Positions 1 to 9,637 of a stretch of DNA of 64,000 nucleotides are shown piece by piece (the stretch's first letter is position 1; each line of letters begins with the position of its first letter). The stretch is from IMG/VR virus record IMGVR_UViG_3300000235_000002. One strand, 5' to 3'. A model generated the notes under the pieces. It did not search any database. It had not been told where the DNA came from and was given only the letters and a program-made list of their open reading frames with translations. The DNA comes from a virus. Position numbers and translations under genes: made by a program.

Positions 1-123
1 TGATTCAGATGCGAGGGGATACCATGTAGATCCATCCGAATATTCAACTTTGCCAAGTGTCAATGTCAGTGGTTTGATAGAAGACGAGGAGACACCATTT
101 TTTCGTGTTTTTTTACGCGCCAT
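1..123 (-). CDS. 5' part of the 163-aa fibre tip protein, truncated by window start (full copy at 39103-39594)
   Basis: Same sequence as 39472-39594. Confidence 0.75.
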   Translation of the reverse strand, partial: MARKKTRKNGVSSSSIKPLTLTLGKVEYSDGSTWYPLASES

Positions 124-913
124 TATTGTATCGAATCATCCCTGCTACAAGTAAGGTTGGCCTCTGTGCCGTTGTTCCACCCGGCAGTGTTGTCGAAGCG
201 ATTCCGGGAAGAATAGGATTTGTTGCAAGACTGACCGTTGACGCACTGCCACTCGTCGTCACGGTAATCTGATTTGTTGTTCCTGAAACCGACTCAATAC
301 CGCTTTTAGCAAGCTTCACAAATGTAATGCTGCTCGTACCCACAGTCGTGACAGTGGCTGTCTGCATCCAAGCCGTAACGCCATTCACCGTTCCTGTTGC
401 AACAAAGATTGTATCACCAACAATCATCTGAGCAGCAGAATCAAAATCAGTCGCACGTGTTAAAACCCAAGGGGCGCTTGCTGTTCCGGCATTAGTTACC
501 GTATAGATCCCATTTTGAAAAGCTGTGCTTTGATCTTTGATCAGCACACGCGCGCCTACAGCAGGTGTTATACCATCAATCGTAAAAACCTGATTAGCTG
601 TACTTATCAGTGTTGCCCCAACGCCGGATGTACCATAAAAATAAGTAGCAAATAGACTCGTTGTCGTCGCTGATATACAGGGTTCATTACTAATTTTGGA
701 AATAGCATTAACAACATAACCTTCTGTTGCTAAATAATACCAGTTTGTCCCATCCGTGAATTCCGGTTTTCCTGAGGGTGTTGGAGGGATAGCCTTGAGA
801 CCTAATTTAGTCATAGCTCGAATGCCTTCAGGAGTGGGAACAAGAGGAATTCGGGTGTCTTTTCCCGAAGAATCGTCATCATAAATGTCATCTGTTTTGG
901 AAAGGTAACTCAT
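113..913 (-). CDS. Tail-fibre-like structural protein, middle module (~266 aa; track start 970, likely start MSYLSK at 913)
   Basis: Contains TIDGITPAVGARVLIKDQSTAFQNGIYTV...WVLTRATDFD, a motif I recognise from phage fibre proteins. Thr/Gly-rich; C-terminal GTTAQRP...GMIRYN. Confidence 0.72.
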   Translation of the reverse strand: MSYLSKTDDIYDDDSSGKDTRIPLVPTPEGIRAMTKLGLKAIPPTPSGKPEFTDGTNWYYLATEGYVVNAISKISNEPCISATTTSLFATYFYGTSGVGATLISTANQVFTIDGITPAVGARVLIKDQSTAFQNGIYTVTNAGTASAPWVLTRATDFDSAAQMIVGDTIFVATGTVNGVTAWMQTATVTTVGTSSITFVKLAKSGIESVSGTTNQITVTTSGSASTVSLATNPILPGIASTTLPGGTTAQRPTLLVAGMIRYNNGA

Positions 914-1112
914 TTTTTTTCCTTTAAAAATGGCGGAATTCATTATTAATAAATTACCATAAAACAGCAAAAAAGAAAATTCAAAAATACCAATTTATAC
1001 AATAATTTCTGTAAAAAAACTGTTTATTTGCAAAATGTTAGATCAAAAAATTTTCAAGACACTGTTTTGAAAAATCGTGTCTAACTACTCTCCAAAAAAA
1101 GAACATAATTCG

Positions 1113-2972
1113 TCAAGCAGGAGATGTGTTATATCTTATCATTCCGGAAATCGGTACAGAAGGACGCTGAGATGATGTTCCTTTAGGGATAATCATAGAT
1201 TCATTGCCTGGAAGTACCGCATTATTCTGAAAATATGTCGTGATGGGATTCAACAATCCTCCTGATCCATAAACGGCTCCTTGCAAGGTTATTCCTGTAT
1301 TGAGGAGAGTATTTAGGCTATTTTGCGCACTCGTCGCACTATTGGATGCGTTTGTTGCAGAGGTTTGAGATTGGGAAGCTGAAGAGGCTGCATCAGATGC
1401 TGAAGAAGAGGCACTAGAAGATGAGGAAGAAGCACTAAGGGCTGATGCCGCAGCAGCAACAGCTGATACGCCTGCACCTAAAGCTGATGCTGCCGCTGCC
1501 GCTGCTGATCCACTTGCAGCAGCAGCAGCCCCTGTGGCCTCTGCTGCTGCACCTGTAGCTTCTTCTGCTGCTGCTGTAGCTTCACTTGCGGATGCTGCTG
1601 CCTCCTCAGCTGACGCCGAAGCTTCATTTTTGAATGCTTCCGTTTCTGCCTTGATTTGCTCTAAAGTCTCTTTGGTTGCATAATCTTGATCGCGAATCGC
1701 CACTTCAATGCTACCATCTGCCGCCGCTTTCAAGATTTTTGGGGCAACTCCAACCAGTTGATTTAATGCCTGCGCATTGGGAAGACTATTATGGGACTGT
1801 TTTAAAATGTACGTCGCATCCACGGAAGGCATATTTGTGAAGGCAAGCTGTCGGTCTGTTGAAAGAGGAACATTACCAATATCCGTTAAGACTTGTCCTG
1901 TGGTGCTCACTGTATCGGGCATCACCCAATTGATATTCATCGCCACTGAAGCAGGTGCTTTTAAGCTGACATAGTTCGTATAGCGATGAGCAGGATTATA
2001 ATCATAAAAAATAAACTGACGCCCTTCCACTGTATTCAGAGATAAAACTTGCTGATCTGCTCTTATACTCCCTCCCGCTCCTCCCTGAACTGTAGCTAGT
2101 AGATCACGACACGTCACGGTATTGATTCCTGAAATATTATCGTGATCAGCATCAATATTGATAAGTTGAAGTTTCGATCTTGCAATCACCTTATCCCGTA
2201 AAACGATAGGAATAGTTCCATCCGCATATCCCTCATTGACCAGATCAAGATAATCTGTGCCAGGGGTCGCGTATTGGATGGTTTTTCCTGTTTTCTTCAG
2301 CATGCCATCCTGAAGATTAATCAAAAATTGTGATTTTGGCCATGTCGTTTGCACCAAGGCACTTCCCATGATAAATTCGCCAAGCAAAAAACGAGCATTG
2401 AGTAAAGCAATATCTGCTTCCACACCTAATAAAGCTGTTGATTCTTCAGGCCTATTGCTATCAGTTCCATGCCAAATTTTACCCCCAGAAATGGTTATAG
2501 GAGTAAGTGGGTCAATAGGGTTAGGAATGGTAATCGATGCTGTTCCTAAAGAAGGCAGATTAGATAAATTTATAGTTGCTTGAGGAGTTGCTATATTGTT
2601 GCCATTCCCCACAAAAAGATTTCCTGATGGAAGATAAGTGGATAAATAATCTGTTCCTGGAATAGCAATTTGAATCAGGCCACCTATATTCTTCATCATT
2701 CCGTCGTCAAGATCACTTAGAGCCTGGGCATTAGGAAAAGTAGAAACAGGCGTACTGATCACCACAGGAGCTTCAGAAATAGATTCAACCTGTTGCTGAA
2801 GAGATCTTACATCAATCGTTAAGTCTATTAGCTTGAAAGACGGCGTTGGTCGGTTATGCTTGTCACCGATCCAAACGTAACCACGCTCCAAATCTGGTAG
2901 TTGCAAATGTGATGCCAGAATGCCGGTGACAGGTGAGACGAACGGATCGGTATAGCCAGGAATATATTTCAT
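1113..2972 (-). CDS. Tail-fibre-like structural protein, proximal module (619 aa)
   Basis: Three internal PNAQAL...GTDY-type repeats, an Ala/Ser-rich coiled-coil-like stretch, C-terminal GTSSQRP...GMIRYNT. Start overlaps the patatin stop (TAATG). Confidence 0.65.
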   Translation of the reverse strand: MKYIPGYTDPFVSPVTGILASHLQLPDLERGYVWIGDKHNRPTPSFKLIDLTIDVRSLQQQVESISEAPVVISTPVSTFPNAQALSDLDDGMMKNIGGLIQIAIPGTDYLSTYLPSGNLFVGNGNNIATPQATINLSNLPSLGTASITIPNPIDPLTPITISGGKIWHGTDSNRPEESTALLGVEADIALLNARFLLGEFIMGSALVQTTWPKSQFLINLQDGMLKKTGKTIQYATPGTDYLDLVNEGYADGTIPIVLRDKVIARSKLQLINIDADHDNISGINTVTCRDLLATVQGGAGGSIRADQQVLSLNTVEGRQFIFYDYNPAHRYTNYVSLKAPASVAMNINWVMPDTVSTTGQVLTDIGNVPLSTDRQLAFTNMPSVDATYILKQSHNSLPNAQALNQLVGVAPKILKAAADGSIEVAIRDQDYATKETLEQIKAETEAFKNEASASAEEAAASASEATAAAEEATGAAAEATGAAAAASGSAAAAAASALGAGVSAVAAAASALSASSSSSSASSSASDAASSASQSQTSATNASNSATSAQNSLNTLLNTGITLQGAVYGSGGLLNPITTYFQNNAVLPGNESMIIPKGTSSQRPSVPISGMIRYNTSPA

Positions 2973-4105
2973 TATTCCCTCGCATTAAAATGGGCAATAA
3001 ATTTCTGAATGTTCAACAAATCAGCATCATATTGCGTCATCGCATATTGCTCTAGGTTCGCTAAATTTGCAGCAGAGTAGTTGTCTAAACTCGAATCTTG
3101 TCCCGGTAAAAATTGATACTGAAAGCGATTGAAAAAGATATCGTCATACACATCCGTTGCTTCAAATTCCATCACCTTCGCATTCAGTTCTTGTGGCCCG
3201 GGAATGAAAACGTTATCCATCAGATAGAAAATGTAGTCGACGTTATACGGTGCAATGCTATTCAGATTTTGCGTCAAAAACATCACCTGTTCTTTTTTAT
3301 CCGGATATTTTTTTAAAAGCTTTTGTCTGATTTTTTCGATTTCTTTTTTGGTTTCTTGTTCCAGCTCGGAATCAACGGTTTTCAATTTCAACGTCGTTTC
3401 CGGTATGAAGTCATTGTGCGCAACACCTGTACCGACGGAAAGAATGCAAAAACGTGCAACTCCGGGAAACATCTTCTTAGCTACCGAATAGGCAAGCGTT
3501 ACCGGATTGTTGACATAGACACCGCCGTCAATCATCGTATGGCTATTAACCGATGCAGGCGGAAAGTAAAGCGGCGCAGCACTTGTTGCAAGTCCAACAT
3601 CAACGACGGATCGACCGGCACCGCTCAAGAACGGTTCAAGACCTGAAATGTTGGAAAATATAGCGGCTTCATCTTCATGCGTATCCCACGCAGGAATGAT
3701 CACTTTTGTCAAAAGGGAGGAAAGAGGAAGTGTTTCACCAAAAACGTCTACTAAAGCTGTTCTGAGTGGAGCTTGAGCGTAAAAAGTTGATGGGTAGGTT
3801 GGTAATCCCATGATGACACTGAACTTGTAGACGGATAGCGGCAAGATAGAATTGTAGGCAAAAATACTAGAACCTTTACTTGCAAAAAACTGCCTCATCT
3901 CTTCAGGCGTTTTCCCATAAGCATATCCTAACGCCTGGATGCCACCAATACTTGTACCGGTAATAATATCAAATTCATCGTACAAGCGATTTGGCGCAAT
4001 GCCTGCGTCAAGGCAAAATCGCTTCAGAAAAGTAGCGGAAAAATATCCTCTCATACCGCCACCGTCCAAAGACAAGATCTTCACCGTTTTTGAAGATGAA
4101 TCCAT
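2972..4105 (-). CDS. Patatin-like phospholipase
   Basis: ILSLDGGGMRG glycine loop, GTSIG nucleophile elbow (GxSxG), DGG catalytic Asp motif. Confidence 0.93.
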   Translation of the reverse strand: MDSSSKTVKILSLDGGGMRGYFSATFLKRFCLDAGIAPNRLYDEFDIITGTSIGGIQALGYAYGKTPEEMRQFFASKGSSIFAYNSILPLSVYKFSVIMGLPTYPSTFYAQAPLRTALVDVFGETLPLSSLLTKVIIPAWDTHEDEAAIFSNISGLEPFLSGAGRSVVDVGLATSAAPLYFPPASVNSHTMIDGGVYVNNPVTLAYSVAKKMFPGVARFCILSVGTGVAHNDFIPETTLKLKTVDSELEQETKKEIEKIRQKLLKKYPDKKEQVMFLTQNLNSIAPYNVDYIFYLMDNVFIPGPQELNAKVMEFEATDVYDDIFFNRFQYQFLPGQDSSLDNYSAANLANLEQYAMTQYDADLLNIQKFIAHFNARE

Positions 4106-4107
4106 TG

Positions 4108-4377
4108 TTATCGTCTTGGCCTTCCTGCCTCGATTCTTACACTTCTTCTTTTGCTTTCCAAAGAATTAGAACTACTTTGGTATCTACCTAAACGCCTTTC
4201 CGGAAAATATGACGGCGGATATGCCGCTGCCCCCGGATACGGATGTAGTCGTTCTTCTTCGTCAACAACGTCATCCACAACTGTTCTTGCCTCTTCTTTA
4301 AAAAAAACAGCCGGAAGACATCCAACTAGGAAAGATCCTGCTAAAAAGATACATGTTACCAATTTTAAGTTACTCAT
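4108..4377 (-). CDS. Small predicted lipoprotein (89 aa)
   Basis: Basic N-terminus, hydrophobic stretch and LVGC lipobox (Cys20); packed tightly between terL and patatin. Confidence 0.62.
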   Translation of the reverse strand: MSNLKLVTCIFLAGSFLVGCLPAVFFKEEARTVVDDVVDEEERLHPYPGAAAYPPSYFPERRLGRYQSSSNSLESKRRSVRIEAGRPRR

Positions 4378-4386
4378 TTTTTCCTC

Positions 4387-5814
4387 TTAAATTAAACCTG
4401 AATTTGCCCATTTTGGGGTAGTATCGTAAGCAAACTCCACAGCTGTTCTTGCTTGCGCTAAACCATTCAGCGCATAGAACATCGCATCCAAGCAATGATC
4501 ATTCTTCTTAATGATGATGCCGTTCTCATCTCTGGCGTATTGCCGAAACTCATTCACCGCATGCCGACAACCAACACCTTTTTCACTATGGAATATCTTG
4601 AATCTGTCCCCACGAACCCGTTCATAGATTTCATCAATCACCGCTTCTTTGGCATTGTTCGTTTTGTGAGCTTTGACTAGACGAAGCCCCGACTTAATCT
4701 GCAGAAAATCTAACGTCTTTTCTTTTGTGTGCATGTTTTCACCGGCACCTGCGGGATCAACCATGCCCGTACACCAGTCAGGTACCATCTGAAGGATATT
4801 GTTTGCATGTTCGGTCGGTGTCGCATTACTCAGCTTGTAATCTCGTACCACATAGACAATATCCGAATCACGGTCATGAGCAAGAAGTACACAACCCCAT
4901 GTCCCTCCTGAGGAGGCCGATGGATCAAGCCCGTAAACGCAAGCGAAATGCTTTGGAATCTCAAACGGTTCAACGAACAATTCCGATTCCATCATCGTGA
5001 AAACCTTGCCTTGGCCAAACACAGGCACGCCGTGTTCACGCGCTTCTAATTGCCATTTTGGAATGGATTTTCTAAGGTGATCGATCGTTTCCTGTTTTAA
5101 ATACGGATTGTCTTGCCAAGATGCAGTAATATAGAAACGGCCGTCCTTGACTTCACCTTCCGCACCGTTGTCCAGAAAGTGCGCAATCAAATCGTCCTTG
5201 CCTTTTTCTGGCCACATACTCGCCACCAGAAACGTCTTCTCCTTGTCAAACTCCGAGATCCGAACCAACGCTTCTTGATAGACACGAAAGTTCGGCAACT
5301 CATCCATATGGATAAAATCCGCCTTCACACCTTGCCAAGACGACTCACCTTGTTGAAAAGCCTTAAACTTGAGTTCTGACCTGCCACCGGACACATGGTT
5401 GATCCACACCGTATCCCAAGCTCCTGCCACGTTGGTGTGTGTTTTGTCGGCAAGGTAGCTTTGGTGCAATATCGGTGGCATCGTGCCGTCCAAATCACCT
5501 AAAAACATCTTTCGTTGAAGAATATCGCGCGTATCTTTGAGGCTCACGGAAGAAGAAATGGCATTGATCGGACGTGAAAAACGATACCCCTTCCACCAAG
5601 GCGGATAAACACCTGTGAGGTGAAATGCCAGTTCCATGCAAACGGCATTCGTCTTGCCTGTTCTATTGCCGCCAAGAAACAGACGTTCTTTTGCCAAAAG
5701 ACTGGCTTCATGAAATTGTGCTTGCTTCGGTGTCGGCTTGTAAAATAAAAAGCTTTTTTCCGCGAAAGCCGTCAACTGATCAACTGAAAAACCAAGATGG
5801 GAAACGCCGCTCAA
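4387..5814 (-). CDS. terL: Terminase large subunit
   Basis: Walker A GGNRTGKT, Walker B IHMDE, nuclease motifs GLDPS and DHCLDA; TTG start. Confidence 0.93.
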   Translation of the reverse strand: MSGVSHLGFSVDQLTAFAEKSFLFYKPTPKQAQFHEASLLAKERLFLGGNRTGKTNAVCMELAFHLTGVYPPWWKGYRFSRPINAISSSVSLKDTRDILQRKMFLGDLDGTMPPILHQSYLADKTHTNVAGAWDTVWINHVSGGRSELKFKAFQQGESSWQGVKADFIHMDELPNFRVYQEALVRISEFDKEKTFLVASMWPEKGKDDLIAHFLDNGAEGEVKDGRFYITASWQDNPYLKQETIDHLRKSIPKWQLEAREHGVPVFGQGKVFTMMESELFVEPFEIPKHFACVYGLDPSASSGGTWGCVLLAHDRDSDIVYVVRDYKLSNATPTEHANNILQMVPDWCTGMVDPAGAGENMHTKEKTLDFLQIKSGLRLVKAHKTNNAKEAVIDEIYERVRGDRFKIFHSEKGVGCRHAVNEFRQYARDENGIIIKKNDHCLDAMFYALNGLAQARTAVEFAYDTTPKWANSGLI

Positions 5815-6043
5815 ACAAACAGTCCTTTTTACTCAAAAAAGGGCGATGGAATTCGCTCCTTCATTCTTTGAATATACCAAAATTCTGCTGAAAAAACAAC
5901 GATTTGAACAAAAAAAAGAGAAAATCTGCAAGGTATAACAGATCTTCTCTTTTTTGGAATTTGTGAAAAGTTTTAAAAAATAATGAAATTATAACAAACA
6001 AATATCTACCAGAATTAACGCGAAAAGCCAAGCATGAAAATCA

Positions 6044-6919
6044 TCAGCTATTTTTCAGCAGCTCTTCAATCTTGTCCATTGACAAACCGGTAGCTTCAAC
6101 GATCACAGGAGACGCGACACCTTGATTCAACAGTGCCATTGCCACCTGCAATATGCCTTTTTCGATACCTTTTTCGATACCTTTTTCGATACCTTCATCA
6201 TACCGCTGATCCATCGACGCTTTGTATGATCCTGCATACTTCTCCGCCTGATCATAGGTTAACAGCTCTTCCTCATTCCAGGAGAAGCGGTTCAACTCTT
6301 GATACACACGCTCAATGATCTCATCAGAGCCGATAATCGACGCTAAATCCTCTTCCCTCGTCTCTTCCGCGTGCAAGAAGAAGTAGCTCCATTTTTCGAC
6401 CATGTTTGATAGATCGTCTATCCGCTTTTTGAACTTCGGCAATTCCAAAAATGTAAATGAAAAATCCTTCAAATCGTTGGACTGGGTCACTCTATCCAAA
6501 ATGATATGATCGGACTTATACGCCTCATTCTTCGGAAACATGATGAAGTCTGCTATCGCAATGAAGATGATCTCTTTCAAATCCGCATAAGCACCGCCGA
6601 TTTTCATCTGGGAACTATAGGCTTTGGCGGCATAATACTGCGCTCGTTTCTCAAAGCCCTTTTCCTTGGCAACCTGTAGCTCAACAATGTACTGATGACC
6701 GTGTTCATCCCGACACAACACATCAACGATACTCGTCTTCTGCGCCGCCGTTTCAGGATCTTGAACGGTTTTAAGAAACGTCACGTCCGTAATCGGGTGT
6801 CTCTCTCTGAACGTTACCATGTCATTCAAAAAGTGAATCAGAATATCTTTGTTTTTTTCAGTCCCAAAGATCTTGCGAAAACAAACGTCATTCTTTGGGT
6901 CAAGAAATTTAGACAACAT
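6044..6919 (-). CDS. Rpn-family recombination-promoting nuclease / PD-(D/E)XK putative transposase (track start 6961)
   Basis: LDPKNDVCFRKIFG N-terminus, IVDVLC...YIVELQ, KRAQYYAAKAY, C-terminal EKGI repeats. Confidence 0.9.
   Translation of the reverse strand: MLSKFLDPKNDVCFRKIFGTEKNKDILIHFLNDMVTFRERHPITDVTFLKTVQDPETAAQKTSIVDVLCRDEHGHQYIVELQVAKEKGFEKRAQYYAAKAYSSQMKIGGAYADLKEIIFIAIADFIMFPKNEAYKSDHIILDRVTQSNDLKDFSFTFLELPKFKKRIDDLSNMVEKWSYFFLHAEETREEDLASIIGSDEIIERVYQELNRFSWNEEELLTYDQAEKYAGSYKASMDQRYDEGIEKGIEKGIEKGILQVAMALLNQGVASPVIVEATGLSMDKIEELLKNS
6156..6195 (-). repeat. 12-bp tandem repeat (3 copies) encoding EKGI in Rpn
   Basis: cctttttcgata x3 on the plus strand. Confidence 0.85.
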
Positions 6920-7111
6920 GAAATTAACCTTTCTGCAATTGATTTTTCCAAACAATAGCATGAACGGATTCCAAGAAGAAAGACGATCCTGTTATCCACA
7001 GAATCTGTGAGTAAGTTTGTGAATACGTATAGAGTCGACATACGTAACTCCACCCGGTTCCGCCGGAATCAACGATTTGCTCAAGAAATAGGCAGATAAA
7101 GTTCTTAAATT

Positions 7112-7157
7112 AAAAAAAGCTGCTAATTCCGATGGTTCAGAATTAGCAGCTTTTTTT
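7112..7157. terminator. Bidirectional rho-independent terminator downstream of the OMP gene
   Basis: AAAAAAAGCTGCTAATTC-10 nt-GAATTAGCAGCTTTTTTT perfect inverted repeat with T-tracts on both strands. Confidence 0.85.
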
Positions 7158-7324
7158 ACTTACTAAAGTCTCTTCAATTTAACACAATCTAAGTCATTGT
7201 GCAAAAAGAATATTTTTATTTTGAAGCAATTGTCACGCAAAGAAACGGACTAGCTTTCAATGATTCTAATGATCTTTTTTTCATGATTGACTCCTGTTGT
7301 TTCATATTGACATTTAAATTCTTA

Positions 7325-8116
7325 TCACATTTTGGCTGAAATGCCAACAAGCAAACCTTTTTGTGAACCAAACGTCTTGTTGTGAGAAATGTATGGCTTC
7401 CCAAAAAGTGATACATCTTTTGTCAAATCGTAAGCCACTTTAAATGATGCTGATTTTGTATCCAATTTAAAAGATGCGTTCTTCGTGTTGCGGCTGTGTT
7501 CGTAATGAATCATCGGTGTCACGGAAAGAGGAGAACCGGAGGAAAGTTTCATAGCCGTACCTAAATCAAACCCTACTAACACATTGTCAAGCGGGTTTTT
7601 GCTAACAAAAGCATTGGCTAATACAGAAAAGCATGGATTCACTTTAAAGGCGTTATCCGAAAAAAGAGTCATAGAAAAGCCACCAAGGTCTATTTCTTCT
7701 TTTCCTGATACGTAACCTTTAGAGTTGATTATTCCTGCCCTAATACCTGTTACTGTTGACCAAACCTGACCGGCGTATTTTCCAAATACACCCACTTCTT
7801 GTTTATTAAAAGAAAAACGCTTGTCTCCAGATCTTTGGCTTTGAATTTTTTTTTCAAGATTCATTTTGTGAGAAAGTGAGAACCCAAAAGCATCGTGACC
7901 GATATATTCCAAATATACTTTTGGCATGTGATTCGTTTTGGTTTTTATACCGGATTGAGTGGGGTATTTGTTTTGTGACATCTCGTTAGATATTGTTGCT
8001 ACAAAGTTTCTGTGGTCATTTTTAGCTTCAATACCTTTGTTGATTTCTGCGTGATTATCAACAGTGGCAAAAGCAGTACAGGCCATCAAGGCTAAAAGTG
8101 TTGCTGTTTTAATCAA
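7325..8116 (-). CDS. Secreted, probable outer-membrane beta-barrel protein (263 aa)
   Basis: TTG start after GGAG RBS; signal peptide ending AFA; alternating hydrophobic beta-strand pattern; C-terminal LLVGISAKM strand. Confidence 0.6.
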   Translation of the reverse strand: MIKTATLLALMACTAFATVDNHAEINKGIEAKNDHRNFVATISNEMSQNKYPTQSGIKTKTNHMPKVYLEYIGHDAFGFSLSHKMNLEKKIQSQRSGDKRFSFNKQEVGVFGKYAGQVWSTVTGIRAGIINSKGYVSGKEEIDLGGFSMTLFSDNAFKVNPCFSVLANAFVSKNPLDNVLVGFDLGTAMKLSSGSPLSVTPMIHYEHSRNTKNASFKLDTKSASFKVAYDLTKDVSLFGKPYISHNKTFGSQKGLLVGISAKM

Positions 8117-8271
8117 TTTAATTTCTCCGTGTTGGATTGATGAAAAACCTATCTTATAAAATTATTCGAGAATTGTCTGTAACACTTAAGTCACAGTGAG
8201 AAAGTTTCTCTATCGTGTTACCTATATCAATATAAAAATATTTTTTTGATTGGATGGATGCCCCACCCCCC

Positions 8272-8826
8272 CTAGCCCCCCCTTTTCAAAACTCTGTGGA
8301 TGGTCATGTGAGAAACAGCATATTTATTAGCTAGTTGCGGTAATGAAAAATGTTCTTCTTCCCGTAACCGCTTTATGTCATTCTCCTGATCCGATGTCAG
8401 AATAGCCTTACGTCCAAAAGATACGCCTTTCTCAAGAGCCTTCTTGATGCCTTCCATCTGCCTTGACCTCCTTATATCATTCTCAAACTCTGCAAACGAT
8501 CCAATGATATTGAACATCAAGCGACCCTCTGAGGTGGTTGTATCTATTGACTGATCAAGGACTTTAAGCTGCGCCTGTTTCTTCTGGATTCTTTTGGAGA
8601 TGATCAATAAATCTTGCATGGAACGAGCGAGTCTATCTAATTTGGTGACCACAAGAACATCTCCTTCCCGTAGTGTTCGTAAAGCTGTTTCTAATTCATT
8701 CCTTTTTTGAGAAAGCGCGGAGATTTTTTCTTCGAAGATTTCATCACAACTTTCCTGTTGAAGTTTTTCTTTCTGGACTTCCAAGGATTGTCCGTAACTA
8801 CTAACACGTGCATAACCTATTTTCAT
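8272..8826 (-). CDS. Serine recombinase (resolvase/invertase family) with C-terminal HTH
   Basis: MKIGYARVSS catalytic motif, VTKLDRLARS, GVSFGRK arm, HTH tail. Confidence 0.95.
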   Translation of the reverse strand: MKIGYARVSSYGQSLEVQKEKLQQESCDEIFEEKISALSQKRNELETALRTLREGDVLVVTKLDRLARSMQDLLIISKRIQKKQAQLKVLDQSIDTTTSEGRLMFNIIGSFAEFENDIRRSRQMEGIKKALEKGVSFGRKAILTSDQENDIKRLREEEHFSLPQLANKYAVSHMTIHRVLKRGG

Positions 8827-8835
8827 TTTCTACTC

Positions 8836-8930
8836 CATAACAAAATATATAGACTTTATGATAAAGCTATTATGTTATGGTTTTTGTTATGCGTCAAGAG
8901 GGTTTATCAAAATTTATACTTTTTGTTATG
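8836..8930. promoter_or_regulatory. Candidate res site / resolvase promoter region
   Basis: CATAACAAAA (8836-8845) with two inverse copies TTTTGTTATG (8882-8891, 8921-8930) directly upstream of the resolvase, the usual position of res. Confidence 0.45.
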
Positions 8931-9300
8931 ATTCATCATCTGTCACGTTGATCACGGCTGGTGTTCTGTTCTTAGCACGCATCAACAGCTGCCAAAGATC
9001 TGAATGCTCATCTTGGGACATGTTATTTAGCAGCGGTGCCATGTGAACGTTTAGATTGTTTTGTGTGGTGTTCTTTTCAACGGGTGCGTAAGTACCGGCT
9101 TTAGGATAGAACATTTCCATCGCAAGCTTAATTGCCCATGGTAGTTCTTCTTTGAGAGCTTTGTTCAGTAGCAGCTTGGCTACACTTTCAATGCTTTTCT
9201 CGTTCTTCTTGCAAAACTCTTGCACCATTTCAGATCGAGAATCAATTCTCTTTCTCGGCCTACCGGCGGGATTAGCATTATTACCAGGTTTGAATACCAT
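8926..9300 (-). CDS. terS: Probable terminase small subunit (track start 9327)
   Basis: N-terminal FKPGNNANPAGRP motif typical of DUF5681-type small terminases; size; same strand as and upstream of terL. Confidence 0.65.
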   Translation of the reverse strand: MVFKPGNNANPAGRPRKRIDSRSEMVQEFCKKNEKSIESVAKLLLNKALKEELPWAIKLAMEMFYPKAGTYAPVEKNTTQNNLNVHMAPLLNNMSQDEHSDLWQLLMRAKNRTPAVINVTDDES

Positions 9301-9637
9301 TGGCACATCTCTTTTATTAAAAATCAATCCATCGTGAGCGTTTTCTATCCTTCATCACTATTCCAAACAAGAATCTCTAGCATTTCTCATCCCTGCACTC
9401 ACCAACTTCGATGAGTACGTTCAAACGCTTACCGCCGAACACATCTTTAGCAAATCCGCCATTTCTACGCATCATCAACACTACATTTCCAGAGAACGCA
9501 ACATCATGACAACGAGATTGACAACGAACAAGCAACTAACAAATTCAATAGTTTCCAAGAAAGAACACTCACGATCGTTTCTCGATTAATCATAGCACAT
9601 TTCATGCTTTCAAAGAAGGACAATGAGACTCAAAAAG

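Noticed and set aside
5835-5860. Terminator/attenuator just upstream of terL (hairpin plus T6 on the minus strand)
   Set aside because: The stem is only 6 bp and has a C-A mismatch on the relevant strand; too weak to call.
6044-6919. Rpn gene as an IS element
   Set aside because: No terminal inverted repeats or target duplication seen; the Rpn family is not a demonstrated autonomous transposase.
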